Assembly (NCBI GenBank): GCA_034520965.1
Contig: JAXHMY010000003.1
Coordinates: 416,001-480,000 of the forward strand
Reading direction: 5' to 3'
DNA length: 64,000 bases
Source: Spirochaetia bacterium
GTDB lineage: Bacteria; Spirochaetota; Spirochaetia; DSM-16054; Sediminispirochaetaceae
Every line of letters starts with the position of its first letter. Positions within the stretch are counted from its first letter, which is position 1. The translations under genes were made by a program, and so were the position numbers. Of this stretch, positions 31,641-42,674 are shown piece by piece. The notes under the pieces were generated by a model that saw only the letters and a list, made by a program, of their open reading frames with translations, did no database searches and was not told where the DNA came from.

Positions 31641-33194
31641 CTATTCCCACTCGATGGTCGACGGGGGTTTTGACGAGCAGTCGTACACTACCCGGCCGAT
31701 ATCCTTGATGCTGTTGGTGATCCGGGAGGAGATTGCCTGCAGATGCTCGAAGTCAAAATGGTACACATCGGCGGTCATGCCGTCGGAAGAGTTCACCGCC
31801 CGCAGGGCAAGCACATACCCGTAGTGGCGGGCATCTCCGGTGACTCCCACCGAGCGAATAGGCAGCAGTACGCAGAAGGCTTGCCAAATTTCATCGTTGA
31901 GCCCCCGCTTTTTTAACTCCTCCACATAGATAGCATCCGCCTCGCGCAGGACCTCACACTTTTCGGGGGTCACCTCGCCGAGGATACGCATTGCCAGACC
32001 AGGACCGGGAAAGGGGTGACGGCGCACTACGTCCTCCGAAATGCCGATACGGCGGCCTATACGCCGCACCTCATCCTTATAGACCCGTTCAAGGGGCTCG
32101 ACAATCAGACCGCGGGCCCGCTTCTTTTCCACCAGAGGTGAGCGGACATTGTGGTGGACTTAATTACCTGCGCATTTTTACCCACACCCTTTCCCGACTC
32201 TATCAGGTCGGTATATAGAGTTCCCTGGGCCAAAAAGGCATCTTTCACATCCAAACAGGGCAAGCTCCCGCTCCATCAGGGTAATAAACAGGTCGCCGAT
32301 AATCTCGCGCTTCTTCTCCGGGTCGTCAACGCCCCTCAGCTGTTCCAAAAACTCATCCGAAGCGTCGACAAAGTGAATGTGGCTGGCCCCCAGCTGTTCG
32401 AGGTCGCGGATAACTTCCTCCGACTCATTCTTTCGCATTAGCCCCGTATCGATATGCAGCAGATGAATGTGCTCCGGAGGCAGGGCCTTCAGCAGCAGCC
32501 CGGCTACTACGGTGGAGTCTACCCCGCCGGAGATCAGCAGCAGAACCTTGCGCCGGCCGACCCGTTCACGCAGGGCTGTAAGGGTATCCTCGATATAGCG
32601 GTCCATATTCCAGGACTTTTCAGCCCCGCAGATTTTTACCGCAAAGTTCTCCAACAGCCGAGTACCGTACTCGCAGTGACTCACTTCCGGGTGAAACTGC
32701 AGCCCGTAAAAGTTCCGCTCGGCATTATATACCACCGCCGGTATTCCATTCTCCGACTCAGCGATTGTCTCAAAGCCATTACCTAAAGTCGAAATGCTAT
32801 CGCCGTGACTCATCCAAGAGGCAAACCCATCCTCGACTTGTTCGAAGATTGGTGCTCGGGCACTGCGGATGCGAATAGTCGCTCGTCCATACTCCCTGGT
32901 AGGCAGGGAGGTAATATCTCCGCCAAAGTGCTTCATGAGAATCTGGGTGCCGAAACAAATACCCAGCACGGGCACACCACATTCAAATACAGAGGGATGC
33001 GGCCAGGGTGGAGCCGGATCGTTTACCGAATAGGGTGAGCCCGATAGAATCAGACCGCGGGTACCCTGCAGCAGATCATCGGTAATCTCTGTATCCGCCG
33101 GGTAAATTTCGGTATAGACTCCCAGGTCACGAACACGTCGCCCGATCAGCTGTGTTGTCTGACCGCCAAAATCAAGAATTAGTAGTTTATCCAT
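31641..33194 (-). CDS. guaA: GMP synthase, two homopolymer indels near 32255 and 32157
   Basis: GICFG, QFHPEV, SGGVDS; shifted frame [37 protein letters not shown]. Confidence 0.95.
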
Positions 33195-33208
33195 AGTTTA
33201 TACCCCTG

Positions 33209-34674
33209 TCAGTTCTCCACCGCCAGCCGCGCTTCAAGCTCGGCCAGCATGTTCCGGTGGTGCTCGGTTATCGCAAGCGTTTTTTCGGTGGTGCTGCCCC
33301 GGTAGCGGGCGGGATTGCTGAAAAACTCTTCGGCCCCTATGCCCACCATCCGCTGCAGCTGTCGGTCAATCTTAGCCCAGCTCTCCGGGTCCTCCCGCAG
33401 TTTGTCCAGCAGCTTAGCCCCGCTCTGCTCGCACTCCAGGGTAATCTTACGCACCCGCTCGTGGGCATCCGGGTCCCCGGCCTGGGACAGCAGTATGTAG
33501 GCCGCCTCGGAGAGGATAAAGTCGCCGTTGCTCAACAGATTATGCTCTAGATTCTCCCGCTCGATATGCAGGGTACCGACCACCCGCAGCATACGGTTTA
33601 CTGCGGCTACAAAGCCGGCAATATAATCAGAGACAAAGCGTCCGCTGGCCGAATTAGTTAAATCGCGCTGATGCTCGGAAATCTGATCCATAAAAAAGCT
33701 CATTACCCGCGGAGCAAAGGCCTTCCACAGGCTCTTTACATGCTCACTGTTCCAGGGGTTGCGTTTGTGGGGCATGGTGGACGAGCCCACCTGATTGGAA
33801 CTGAAAAACTCCCGCAGCTCCCCAATCTCGGTCCGCTGCAGATGGCGCAGGTCGTCGGCCAAGTTGGCCACAATACCAAAGGCGGTATTCAGCTCCAGCA
33901 TCAGATGCAGCAGATACTCCGGCTCGACAATCTGGTTAGAGTACTCGCTGACCGGTAGGCCTATACTGCCCAGAACCTCCTGCTCGAAGGCCAGGGGATC
34001 CTCGACAATCAGCCCCATTGCATTGTAGCCGCCCACGGCTCCCGACAGTTTACCCGCCAGCTGATCGGCGGCATCTAAAATCCGCGGAATTACCTTGCCC
34101 AGGCGGGCCACATACTCGGCCAGGGCAAAACCAACCGTCACCGGCACGGCGTGCTGCCCGTGGGTACGGCCTACCTGCGGAGTTTCGGCCTCCTTCTCGG
34201 CCAGTTCTATCAGGGTACGCTGAAGCTGCATCAGCAGCGGCACCAGCACATCCCGGGTCACATCGCGGTAACGCAGCGAAGCCGCCGTATCCAGCACATC
34301 CACGCTGGTAGCCCCTAAATGCACGTAAGGGCTTATCTCCTGCGGCAGCATCGCGTTTCATCACGTTCACCAGAGCCCGCACATTGTGATGGGTCTGCTC
34401 CTCTTCCAGGTACACAGCCTCCGGCTCCACCTGCTTTACAGCCGATTCCACCGCCCGCAGGTTTTCCGACGTGCCCATTCCCAGCCGGTTCAGGTGGGCG
34501 GACAACAAGGCCCCTTCCACCCGTACGGCGTAACGCACCGCTCCATCCTCGCTAATATAATCCTCCAGCTTCTCAAACAGTTCGATATTGGAGAGGTAGT
34601 AGCGGTGATCGAGGGGCGAAAGGTTCCTAAAAATAGAACGATTGGTTTTTTTATTCTTGGCTTTGCTTCGACAT
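33209..34674 (-). CDS. purB: Adenylosuccinate lyase, indels near 34352 and at the 5' end
   Basis: SPLDHRY, HLGATS.D, GRTHGQHA, GSSTMPHKRNP. Confidence 0.92.
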
Positions 34675-34857
34675 ACCTGATACTGTACAAAAGTTATGTA
34701 AATATTGGAAGGCTGCACGGATGTCCAAAGCCTCAATAATAGAGAAAAAAGTCCGCACGGGTGGCCCCAGGCCCGCTTGCACACCACCACCAGGCCCCCC
34801 CGAACAGCCCGCCCAGCCGCCTTGGCACAACCCAGGGATTTCCGCTACTATCTACCC

Positions 34858-36906
34858 ATGAATACCCTACGCCGACGCGTACCGACCGCCCTGCCGCTGC
34901 TGCTGATTGTAGTGGCCGAGCTGCTGATCTATTATATTGGACCGCTGTGGGCCGCCCAGGGAGCTCACATATGGGCCCCGGAGAGCCGGGGGACCGCGGA
35001 TTATCTGTTTTTAGCCCTTCTTATAGGCCACGGCATGTGGGCCTACGTCCTGCTCACCCGCCCCGCCTCGCAGCTGCACTTCGACCTGTTCCGCCTGCCG
35101 GAGATACTGCTGACCCTCGGGCTGGCTCTGTTTTTATTCAGCTATATCTTTGCCTCCAACGCCAACCTCTCCTATGCTCAAATGTTTGCCGAAACCAGCG
35201 GTAACCTCAACCTGGCCCCCAACTCGACTATCCAGCGCCTGACCAGCCTGCTGCGCTACGGCCCCTTACTGCTCTACGACCTTGCGCTGCTGATCTTCTT
35301 CCGTATCAAAAAAAGGGACAGCTTTTTCCACACCACCGGCACCGCCGGTCCGGCCGCCCTATGGTCCCTGCCGCTGAGCCTGCTGGCGGCGATCCTGTAT
35401 ACCCTCTCCCTGCCTTCCTTCCTGAGTGTCGAGGGCTGGGCACCCCTGGCATTCGTGGCCCTAATACCGCTGTACGCCGTCCTAAGGGTACACTCCTACC
35501 GTTGGGCCCTGTTTTACGGGGTCTCCTTCGGTATACTACAGCTGCTGCTCACCAACTACTGGCTGGGAACCTTCAGCCTGATCACCCTGCAGCTGGTAAG
35601 TGTATTTCTTACTCTAGAATATATTTTATTTTTTGGGATGCTCTTGATTGTCCGACACCGGGTTCGTGCTCCACACCTGCTGCTCTATCCGGCAGGCTTT
35701 GTGTTGTTCGACTTTCTTCGCAGCCAGGGCTTTTTAGGCTATCCCTGGGGCATGCTCGGCAGCAGCCAGTACCAGTTTGTCCCCTTTATCCAGGTCGCCG
35801 CCCTGGCCGGCGTGTACGGGGTGACCTTTGTGGTGGTTCTGACCAACGGGCTGCTCTTCGAGCTGTGGCAGCGGCCGGCCGGGCGGCGGCGCGGGCCCGC
35901 CGCGGGCCTTGCGCTTCTCTGGCTTGTCACTCTCGGGTTCGGACTTATCCATATACACTCCTTAGAAAAAGCCGTCCCCAGGGAAACCGTAAAAGTAGCT
36001 TTAGTCCAGCAGAACACCGACCCCCGCAAGCACGATTACCGCTACAGCTTCGACATTCTTAAAAGGCTGACCGACCGGGCAGTGCTGCAGAAGCCGGACC
36101 TGGTGGCTTGGTCGGAGACGGCCTTTGTTCCCAACATCCGCAAGTGGGGGGCGATGGAACCGGATGAGCATTCTTTGGCGCGGCTGGTCCACGATTTTCG
36201 CGACTACCAGCGCAGCCTGGACACATGGCTGCTGACCGGGAACGACGATTACGAGGAGATCCGCGACCCCGAGGGGCGGGTGGTTCAGTCCCACTACAAC
36301 GCCACGGTGCTGTTTTCGGCGGAGGGCGAGCGGATGGACACCTACCGCAAGCTGCATCTGGTGCCCTTTTCCGAGTACTTTCCCTACCAGGAGGAGTACC
36401 CCTGGGTGTTTACTATTCTGAAGGACTTCGATGCCGACCTGTGGGAGAAGGGCGAGGAGCGGGTGACTTTCGAGCACCCCAGGTTTAGCTTTTTTACGCC
36501 TATCTGCTTTGAGGACAGTTTTCCCGCGGAGGTACGCGCCTTTGTACGGCGGGATGCCGACGTGATACTCAACCTTTCCAACGATTACTGGTCGCTGACC
36601 GAGGTGGAGGGACAGCAGCACTTTGCCAACTCCCTCTTCCGGGCGGTGGAAAACGGCCGGCCCCTACTGCGTTCGACCGCCAGCGGCATGACCGCCTACG
36701 TCTCCCCGGAGGGGCGTATCCGCGAGAGCCTGCCCTACTACCAGGAAGGGGTGATTGTGCCGGAGGTAGCCTTATACGACCGCCCCCCTACTCCCTACCT
36801 GCGCTGGGGCAACTGGTTTGTACTGGTAACTGCCCTGATAATCGGGGTATTCGCCCTGCGGGCTGGTCTGCGCTATAGACGAACTCTAAAAACAGGCTCT
36901 CATTAG
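34858..36906 (+). CDS. lnt: Apolipoprotein N-acyltransferase with N-terminal membrane extension
   Basis: GYPW, WSETA, YRK.HLVPFSE, ICFED (E-K-C triad), RAVEN. Confidence 0.92.
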   Translation: MNTLRRRVPTALPLLLIVVAELLIYYIGPLWAAQGAHIWAPESRGTADYLFLALLIGHGMWAYVLLTRPASQLHFDLFRLPEILLTLGLALFLFSYIFASNANLSYAQMFAETSGNLNLAPNSTIQRLTSLLRYGPLLLYDLALLIFFRIKKRDSFFHTTGTAGPAALWSLPLSLLAAILYTLSLPSFLSVEGWAPLAFVALIPLYAVLRVHSYRWALFYGVSFGILQLLLTNYWLGTFSLITLQLVSVFLTLEYILFFGMLLIVRHRVRAPHLLLYPAGFVLFDFLRSQGFLGYPWGMLGSSQYQFVPFIQVAALAGVYGVTFVVVLTNGLLFELWQRPAGRRRGPAAGLALLWLVTLGFGLIHIHSLEKAVPRETVKVALVQQNTDPRKHDYRYSFDILKRLTDRAVLQKPDLVAWSETAFVPNIRKWGAMEPDEHSLARLVHDFRDYQRSLDTWLLTGNDDYEEIRDPEGRVVQSHYNATVLFSAEGERMDTYRKLHLVPFSEYFPYQEEYPWVFTILKDFDADLWEKGEERVTFEHPRFSFFTPICFEDSFPAEVRAFVRRDADVILNLSNDYWSLTEVEGQQHFANSLFRAVENGRPLLRSTASGMTAYVSPEGRIRESLPYYQEGVIVPEVALYDRPPTPYLRWGNWFVLVTALIIGVFALRAGLRYRRTLKTGSH

Positions 36907-36922
36907 AACGACTCAAATAAAA

Positions 36923-36954
36923 CAGGCGCGGTTCCCCTAAAGGCGCCGCGCCTG
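36923..36954 (-). terminator. Terminator hairpin between convergent lnt and gcvPB
   Basis: caggcgcgg...ccgcgcctg with a U-rich tail on the minus strand. Confidence 0.7.
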
Positions 36955-37002
36955 CTGCGTTTACTATTATTGCTTATTCTAACAACTGCGATTCCAGCGG
37001 TT

Positions 37003-38469
37003 CTATTCCGGCTGCCAGCGCAAAACAGGATGTTTTGCGGCCTGCACCTGATCAACCCGGCGTACCGGAGTGCTCGTGGGCATCTCGTGCAGCTTATCCG
37101 GGTCTTTTTCCGCCAAATCGGCAATCTCGTGCATCACCTCAATAAAGTTATCGAGTGACTCCCGCGACTCGGTTTCAGTTGGCTCGAACATCATCGCCTC
37201 ATGGACAATCAACGGAAAATAAACCGTCGGAGCGTGAATACCAAACTCAAGCAGGGCTTTCGCTACATCCGTACCGTTGACGCCGTAGGCATCCTTCATC
37301 TTTTGAGCGGACAGAACAAACTCGTGTTTACACACCCGGTCGTAGGGCAAAAAGTAGCGTCCCTTCAACTTCTCCTTAAGATAATTGGCATTCAATACCG
37401 CCAGCTCGGAGGCACGCTTCAGGCCGTCATTGCCCATTGTAAGGATGTAGGTATACGCCCTCACCAGAACCGCGATATTTCCGTAGAAACCGGAGATGCG
37501 GCCCATAGTGTCGGGAATGTCATGGTCCAGATAGTACTCGCTGCCCTTTTTGCGGACCGTGGGGGCCGGGAGAAAGGGCTCGAGCTTTTTATTGACCATC
37601 ACCGCACCGCTGCCGGGACCTCCACCGCCGTGGGGGGTAGAGAAGGTTTTGTGCAGGTTAAGGTGTACCACATCAAATCCCATATCTCCGGGGCGGCTTT
37701 TGCCCATAATTGCATTCAGGTTAGCCCCGTCGTAGTACAATAGGCCGCCGGCATCGTGCACCAGTTCGGCAATTTCGGCGATATCTTCTTCATACAGGCC
37801 GAGGGTATTGGGGTTGGTCAGCATGATACCGGCCAGGTTTTCGTCGAGGTGCTGTTTCAGATCCTCCACCGATACCATTCCCTTTTCGTTGGATTTAACT
37901 TCCACTACCTCAAAGCCCGAGATGTGGGCCGAAGCGGGGTTAGTTCCATGGGCCCCATCCGGTACCAGCACCTTGGTTCGTCCGGTATCGCCTTGCTTTT
38001 TAAAGTAGGACTTAAAAAATTTCATACCCGTGAACTCGCCATGGGCACCGGCGAAGGGCTGCAGGGTTCCCCAGCTCATCCCGGTTACCTCGCACAGCCG
38101 CTCAGTCAGGTCGTACATCAATTCCAGAATCCCCTGGGTAGTCTTCTGAGGCTGCAGCGGGTGCAGTCCGGCAAAACCCGCCAACCCGGCGGTAACTTCG
38201 TTAATCTTTGGATTATATTTCATTGTACAGCTGCCCAAGGGGTAGAATCCAAGGTCAACACAGTAGTTCTTTTGTGACAGCCGTGTATAGTGGCGAATCA
38301 CATCCACCTCGGATACCTCGGGCAGGGCGGTTTCATGTACCCGCAAATACTTCTTATCTACCATCTCCTCGGGCTTTCTTGCCGGAACATCGATATCCGG
38401 GACTCGAAAGCCGCGGCGTCCTTCACGGGAACGCTCGAATATCAGCTTATTTTTTAACTGTGTACTCAT
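37003..38469 (-). CDS. gcvPB: Glycine dehydrogenase (decarboxylating) subunit 2
   Basis: [27 protein letters not shown]. Confidence 0.97.
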   Translation of the reverse strand: MSTQLKNKLIFERSREGRRGFRVPDIDVPARKPEEMVDKKYLRVHETALPEVSEVDVIRHYTRLSQKNYCVDLGFYPLGSCTMKYNPKINEVTAGLAGFAGLHPLQPQKTTQGILELMYDLTERLCEVTGMSWGTLQPFAGAHGEFTGMKFFKSYFKKQGDTGRTKVLVPDGAHGTNPASAHISGFEVVEVKSNEKGMVSVEDLKQHLDENLAGIMLTNPNTLGLYEEDIAEIAELVHDAGGLLYYDGANLNAIMGKSRPGDMGFDVVHLNLHKTFSTPHGGGGPGSGAVMVNKKLEPFLPAPTVRKKGSEYYLDHDIPDTMGRISGFYGNIAVLVRAYTYILTMGNDGLKRASELAVLNANYLKEKLKGRYFLPYDRVCKHEFVLSAQKMKDAYGVNGTDVAKALLEFGIHAPTVYFPLIVHEAMMFEPTETESRESLDNFIEVMHEIADLAEKDPDKLHEMPTSTPVRRVDQVQAAKHPVLRWQPE

Positions 38470-39815
38470 TTCAAAGCCCCCTTCATGCTCTGCACGTAAC
38501 GGTCCATCTCTTCTACGGTCCGTTTCTCGGTTACTGCTACCGTCAACAAATTCTCCGGCTTGGATGCATCGAGCTGATTAAGTGCAACTCCGGCAAAAAT
38601 ACCATCCGCTTCCATCGCCTCGGCTATATCGGCGGCTTTCTTCGGCAGTGCAAGGGTAAACTCGTTGAAAAAGGGTTGATCCGCCGCCATTTCGACGCCG
38701 GCCTCTTTCTTTAGCTTCTCGGCTAAGTAATGGGCTTTCTGCATATTCTGCTCGGCAAGCTCCTTCAACCCTTCCTTTCCTACTGTAGCAAGATAAATAG
38801 TGTTTCCGAGGGCGGCCAATGCCTGGTTGGAGCAGATATTAGAGGTTGCCCGCTCGCGCTTAATATGCTGTTCCCGCGCCTGCATGGTCAGCACAAAGGC
38901 CCGTTTTCCGTCCTCGTCCACCGACTGGCCAACAATTCGACCGGGCATTTTACGCAGCAGCTTCTCGGTGGCGGCTATATAGCCTACCGAGGGTCCGCCG
39001 TAGTAAGCCGGCAGGCCGAAGGGCTGGGTATCGCCAATGGCAATATCCGCCCCCCACTCTCCCTGGCTCTTGATAGCACCCAGGGCCATGGGGTTTGAGG
39101 AGACAATCAGCAAAGATTTGTGTTCGTGCAGCAGATCGGAGAGCCCGGTGTAATCCTCAAGATTTCCGTAGATATTCGGGCTCTGTACCAGCAGACCCGC
39201 CACGTTGTCACCCAACTGATCCTTTACGCTGTCCGTATCGAGAACGCCCGCTTTTTCCGGCAGTTCCACCAATTTTATGTTCAAATCTTCAAAATAGGTT
39301 TCAAGTACCTGTTTGGTGTAGGGATGGATGGTACTTGAGTAGAGAATAGTATCGGTTTTGCGGGTACTGTTGACCGCCAGGGCACAGGCCTCGGAGGCCG
39401 CAGTGTGGCCATCGTACAGCGAGGCGTTTGATACCTGCAGTGAGGTAAGCTCACACATCAGGGTTTGAAACTCGAAAATCGCCTGGAGGACACCCTGTGA
39501 AATTTCGGGTTGATACGGGGTATATGAGGTATAGAACTCTGTACGCCCCATGAGAGCTCCCACGGTACTGGGAATAATATGATCGTAATTTCCGGCTCCT
39601 AAAAAAGAGACCCCTTGCCGGTTGTTCTCTGCAAGCCTCTTAAGCCTTGTATACACTTCCAATTCGGATTGACCCTTTGGAAGATTCAGTTCGCCTTTAA
39701 AACGAATTTTTGCGGGTATATCCGCAAACAACTCGTCGATACTGTCGACCCCAATGTCGGACAGCATCGCTTTTATTTCTTTATCTGTATGAGGTAAATA
39801 CGGGAACATAGACAC
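38466..39815 (-). CDS. gcvPA: Glycine dehydrogenase (decarboxylating) subunit 1
   Basis: [29 protein letters not shown]. Confidence 0.97.
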   Translation of the reverse strand: MSMFPYLPHTDKEIKAMLSDIGVDSIDELFADIPAKIRFKGELNLPKGQSELEVYTRLKRLAENNRQGVSFLGAGNYDHIIPSTVGALMGRTEFYTSYTPYQPEISQGVLQAIFEFQTLMCELTSLQVSNASLYDGHTAASEACALAVNSTRKTDTILYSSTIHPYTKQVLETYFEDLNIKLVELPEKAGVLDTDSVKDQLGDNVAGLLVQSPNIYGNLEDYTGLSDLLHEHKSLLIVSSNPMALGAIKSQGEWGADIAIGDTQPFGLPAYYGGPSVGYIAATEKLLRKMPGRIVGQSVDEDGKRAFVLTMQAREQHIKRERATSNICSNQALAALGNTIYLATVGKEGLKELAEQNMQKAHYLAEKLKKEAGVEMAADQPFFNEFTLALPKKAADIAEAMEADGIFAGVALNQLDASKPENLLTVAVTEKRTVEEMDRYVQSMKGALK

Positions 39816-39834
39816 GCTCCTTTTACTAAAAAAA

Positions 39835-39874
39835 AGTTTCGCATGCCGCTTCGCGGCAACCGAAACAATGAAAA
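39835..39874 (-). repeat. 40-bp hairpin element, copy 2; followed by a U-tract, so it may act as an intra-operon terminator
   Basis: Minus strand ttttcattgtttcggttgccgcgaagcggcatgcgaaact then a T run. Confidence 0.8.
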
Positions 39875-39878
39875 GTCC

Positions 39879-40259
39879 CTACTCTTCTTCGATTGTTTTC
39901 TGGTACTCTTCGTAGCTGAGTAGATTATCCAACTCTGAGGGATCAGTCATTTCTATTGCAAAAATAAAAGCTTCATAGGGCTTCTGATTAATCAGCTCCG
40001 GCGCATCTTCCAGTTCCTGGTTTACCTTTACCACTTTACCGGAAACCGGAGCGTAAATCGGTGAGGCAGCTTTTACCGATTCGATGTTGGTTACCTCTTC
40101 ACCGGCATCGAACTCATCATCGACCTCCGGGATCTCTACAAAAACGATGTCCCCCAATTCTTCCTGTGCGTGGTCGGAGATGCCCACATATGCAATGGAC
40201 CCCTCAACTCGCGTCCATTCGTGCGATTTTTGGAATTTTAATTTTTCCGGACTGGCCAT
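39879..40259 (-). CDS. gcvH: Glycine cleavage system H protein
   Basis: HEW, LGDIVFV, lipoyl-Lys motif IESVKA. Confidence 0.96.
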   Translation of the reverse strand: MASPEKLKFQKSHEWTRVEGSIAYVGISDHAQEELGDIVFVEIPEVDDEFDAGEEVTNIESVKAASPIYAPVSGKVVKVNQELEDAPELINQKPYEAFIFAIEMTDPSELDNLLSYEEYQKTIEEE

Positions 40260-40297
40260 ATAGAACCTCCTTAACTGTTTACCATGATGGTCTAATT

Positions 40298-40329
40298 TTC
40301 ACTATATTGCATGCGCGTTAAGGCGTCAA
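40298..40329 (-). promoter_or_regulatory. gcvH sigma70 promoter with a palindrome over the -10
   Basis: TTGACG-17-TATAGT; TGCAATATAGTGAA spans the -10. Confidence 0.6.
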
Positions 40330-40398
40330 GCTTTAATCATATAGTATTTTTTAGATATAATTTTTGCTTTGACTTAATAAACCAATTGAGGTGTTTTA

Positions 40399-40436
40399 TT
40401 GACCTGAAGAACAACTCGGGCTACACTAAGCCCGAG
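40399..40436 (+). promoter_or_regulatory. Sigma70 promoter with an 8-bp inverted repeat over the -10
   Basis: TTGACC-17-TACACT; CTCGGGCT-N6-AGCCCGAG. Confidence 0.6.
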
Positions 40437-40502
40437 ATTCTCATTACCGCACCCTAAACTTGATAGTTCGAACAAATTTTCGAACAAACTGGAGAAAAGC
40501 AG

Positions 40503-41030
40503 ATGACCGAGCAGCTTGAAGAATATAGAAAAACCTTAGACAACTATCACGATGCCATTAAAGAAACGGATGATTACGGACAAAAACTTAAGGCCCTCGG
40601 TCCCACCGCCTACTACACGGTATTGTACCTGGCCGAAATATACCAAGAAGAGGGCTTGTACGATTATAGAAGCATCGAAACGGGGGCCCGTGATGTGGTA
40701 AAAAAATTAGAAGATAACCTTCTAATAGCTGAAAGGTACAACGAAAAGGGCCAGTTATGGAGGGCAAAAATAGCTCTCAACAGCCTTGGTTTAGATCTGT
40801 TCATTATTCAATCTGCAGCTGAGCATATCCTTACCCTCTCGGGTAAGTACATCGATGATTTACCGGAAAGTGTATCCTCCCACAAGTATTACGGACTACT
40901 AAAAAAGAAGCTCAAAAAAATACAGCACCACGACACACGCAGCCCCGCCTTCTCCTTTAAGCCGATACTCCGCTCCCTGCAGCAGTACGACCAGAGTGAG
41001 CAGCATGGCCAAGAAGGTCAGCCCTTTTAG
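40503..41030 (+). CDS. Hypothetical helical protein
   Basis: SD GGAG, own promoter, 175 aa; no family recognised. Confidence 0.7.
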   Translation: MTEQLEEYRKTLDNYHDAIKETDDYGQKLKALGPTAYYTVLYLAEIYQEEGLYDYRSIETGARDVVKKLEDNLLIAERYNEKGQLWRAKIALNSLGLDLFIIQSAAEHILTLSGKYIDDLPESVSSHKYYGLLKKKLKKIQHHDTRSPAFSFKPILRSLQQYDQSEQHGQEGQPF

Positions 41031-41081
41031 CCCACAAGCGATTAAATTTTAGAACGAATAATTATTATAGCAGCACAACAA

Positions 41082-41111
41082 AGCGCCGAGCCCTGTCGAG
41101 GACTCGGCGCT
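41082..41111 (-). terminator. Intrinsic terminator after agcS
   Basis: agcgccgag...ctcggcgct stem followed by ttgttg on the minus strand. Confidence 0.75.
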
Positions 41112-41137
41112 GTTACTAGTAGATTGTATAAAGTACT

Positions 41138-42514
41138 TTATTTCTTGTAGTACTTGTCTTCGTACTCTCTGAGCATCTTGAATACTACTCCGCTCAATGC
41201 GATCAGTGCAATGAGGTTCGGCAGAATCATCAGACCGTTGAATGCATCGGAGAGGTTCCATACAAAACCGAGAGATGCAATAGCACCTACGAATACCAGC
41301 ACAACCCAGACATACTTGTAGTACGCTGCGATTTTCTCACCGGTAATAAACTCGAGGGATTTGTATCCGTAGTAGTACCAGGTGAGGATTGTGGTAAAGG
41401 CAAACAGCAGCAGACCGATGGAGACAATAAACTGACCGATTCCGCCGGGAAGGGCCATATTGTAGGCGGTAGAGGTAAGCGAAGCACCGTCCAGATTGTC
41501 GAGCACACTCATCATCCCGTCGGGACCAATTTTGATAACCGGCGAAATGAAGATAACCAGAGCGGTCATGGTACATATCACGATGGTATCGAGAAACGAA
41601 CCGAGAGAAGCAATTAAGCCCTGGCGTACAGGGTCTTCAGTTCTGGAGGCGGCATGTGCAATAGGCGCACTTCCGAGCCCGGCTTCGTTCGAGAATACAC
41701 CGCGGGCAACACCAAAGCGAACTACTGAACCTAGAAAACCACCTGCTACAGCTCTGCCGTTAAAAGCATTCCCAAAGATCCATCCAAAGGCTCTCGGCAG
41801 GAATTCTATGTTTGCAAAAATGACGAAAAGGGAGCCAAGCACGTAGATGACCGCCATAAAAGGTACCAGTTTTTCCGCAACCTTTGCAATTCTCTTAATA
41901 CCGCCGATTACAACCAGTCCAACTAATACTGCAACCACCAAACCGGATATCCAGGTAGGAATTCCCATGGATGAATCCATAACATCGGCGATTGCATTGC
42001 TCTGTACCATGTTTCCAATACCGAAGGAGGCGACGAAGGCAAACAGGGCAAACAGCCAACCAAGCCATTTCCAGTTACCGCCGTAGCGTTCTTCCATACC
42101 GACACTTGCGTAGTACATTGGACCGCCGGATTTTTCACCGAACTCATCGGTAGTTCTGTATCGTACCGCCAAAACAGCTTCGGCAAACTTAATAGCACCG
42201 CCAAAGACCGCAGTAACCCACATCCAGAAAACGGCTCCGGGACCACCGGCTGCAATAGCAGTGGCCACACCACCGATATTTCCGGTACCGATCGTAGCCG
42301 AGAGGGTGGTCATTAAAGCGGCAAAGGGATTGATATCTCCTTCACCCTTTACATCTTTTGCGAACAGATACTTAAAGGCTTTGCCGATTCTGCGGTATTG
42401 AACAAACTTTGTACCGACTGTAAGTATAATACCGGCAACAAATAGAATTGTAATAATTACAGGACCCCAGGCGAATGAACCTGCAGCTGCAACTGCTTTT
42501 TCAATTGCTTGCAT
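41138..42514 (-). CDS. agcS: Sodium:alanine/glycine symporter (AGCS family)
   Basis: IGTGNIGGVA, GGPGAVFWMW, GGPMYY, RGVFSNEAGLGSA. Confidence 0.93.
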   Translation of the reverse strand: MQAIEKAVAAAGSFAWGPVIITILFVAGIILTVGTKFVQYRRIGKAFKYLFAKDVKGEGDINPFAALMTTLSATIGTGNIGGVATAIAAGGPGAVFWMWVTAVFGGAIKFAEAVLAVRYRTTDEFGEKSGGPMYYASVGMEERYGGNWKWLGWLFALFAFVASFGIGNMVQSNAIADVMDSSMGIPTWISGLVVAVLVGLVVIGGIKRIAKVAEKLVPFMAVIYVLGSLFVIFANIEFLPRAFGWIFGNAFNGRAVAGGFLGSVVRFGVARGVFSNEAGLGSAPIAHAASRTEDPVRQGLIASLGSFLDTIVICTMTALVIFISPVIKIGPDGMMSVLDNLDGASLTSTAYNMALPGGIGQFIVSIGLLLFAFTTILTWYYYGYKSLEFITGEKIAAYYKYVWVVLVFVGAIASLGFVWNLSDAFNGLMILPNLIALIALSGVVFKMLREYEDKYYKK

Positions 42515-42674
42515 TTTTCACTCCTTGTTTTTCTTGTTTTCCTTGTTTTTTATAAAAATTTTCCACCACCCAGATGCTGTTCATTTTAGAACAGTTCGAG
42601 TTACGTAAATGGTGAAACCAATTTTTTCTCTTTTCCTGCACCTCCTTTCCTAATATTTTTCACTTTTTCCCTCC

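Noticed and set aside
32140..32270. Programmed frameshifting or recoding in guaA and other split genes
   Set aside because: Shifts go in both directions, have no shared slippery motif and hit unrelated genes, which fits sequencing indels.
40260..40400. Glycine riboswitch upstream of gcvH
   Set aside because: The promoter is about 40 nt from the start, leaving no room, and aptamer motifs are absent.
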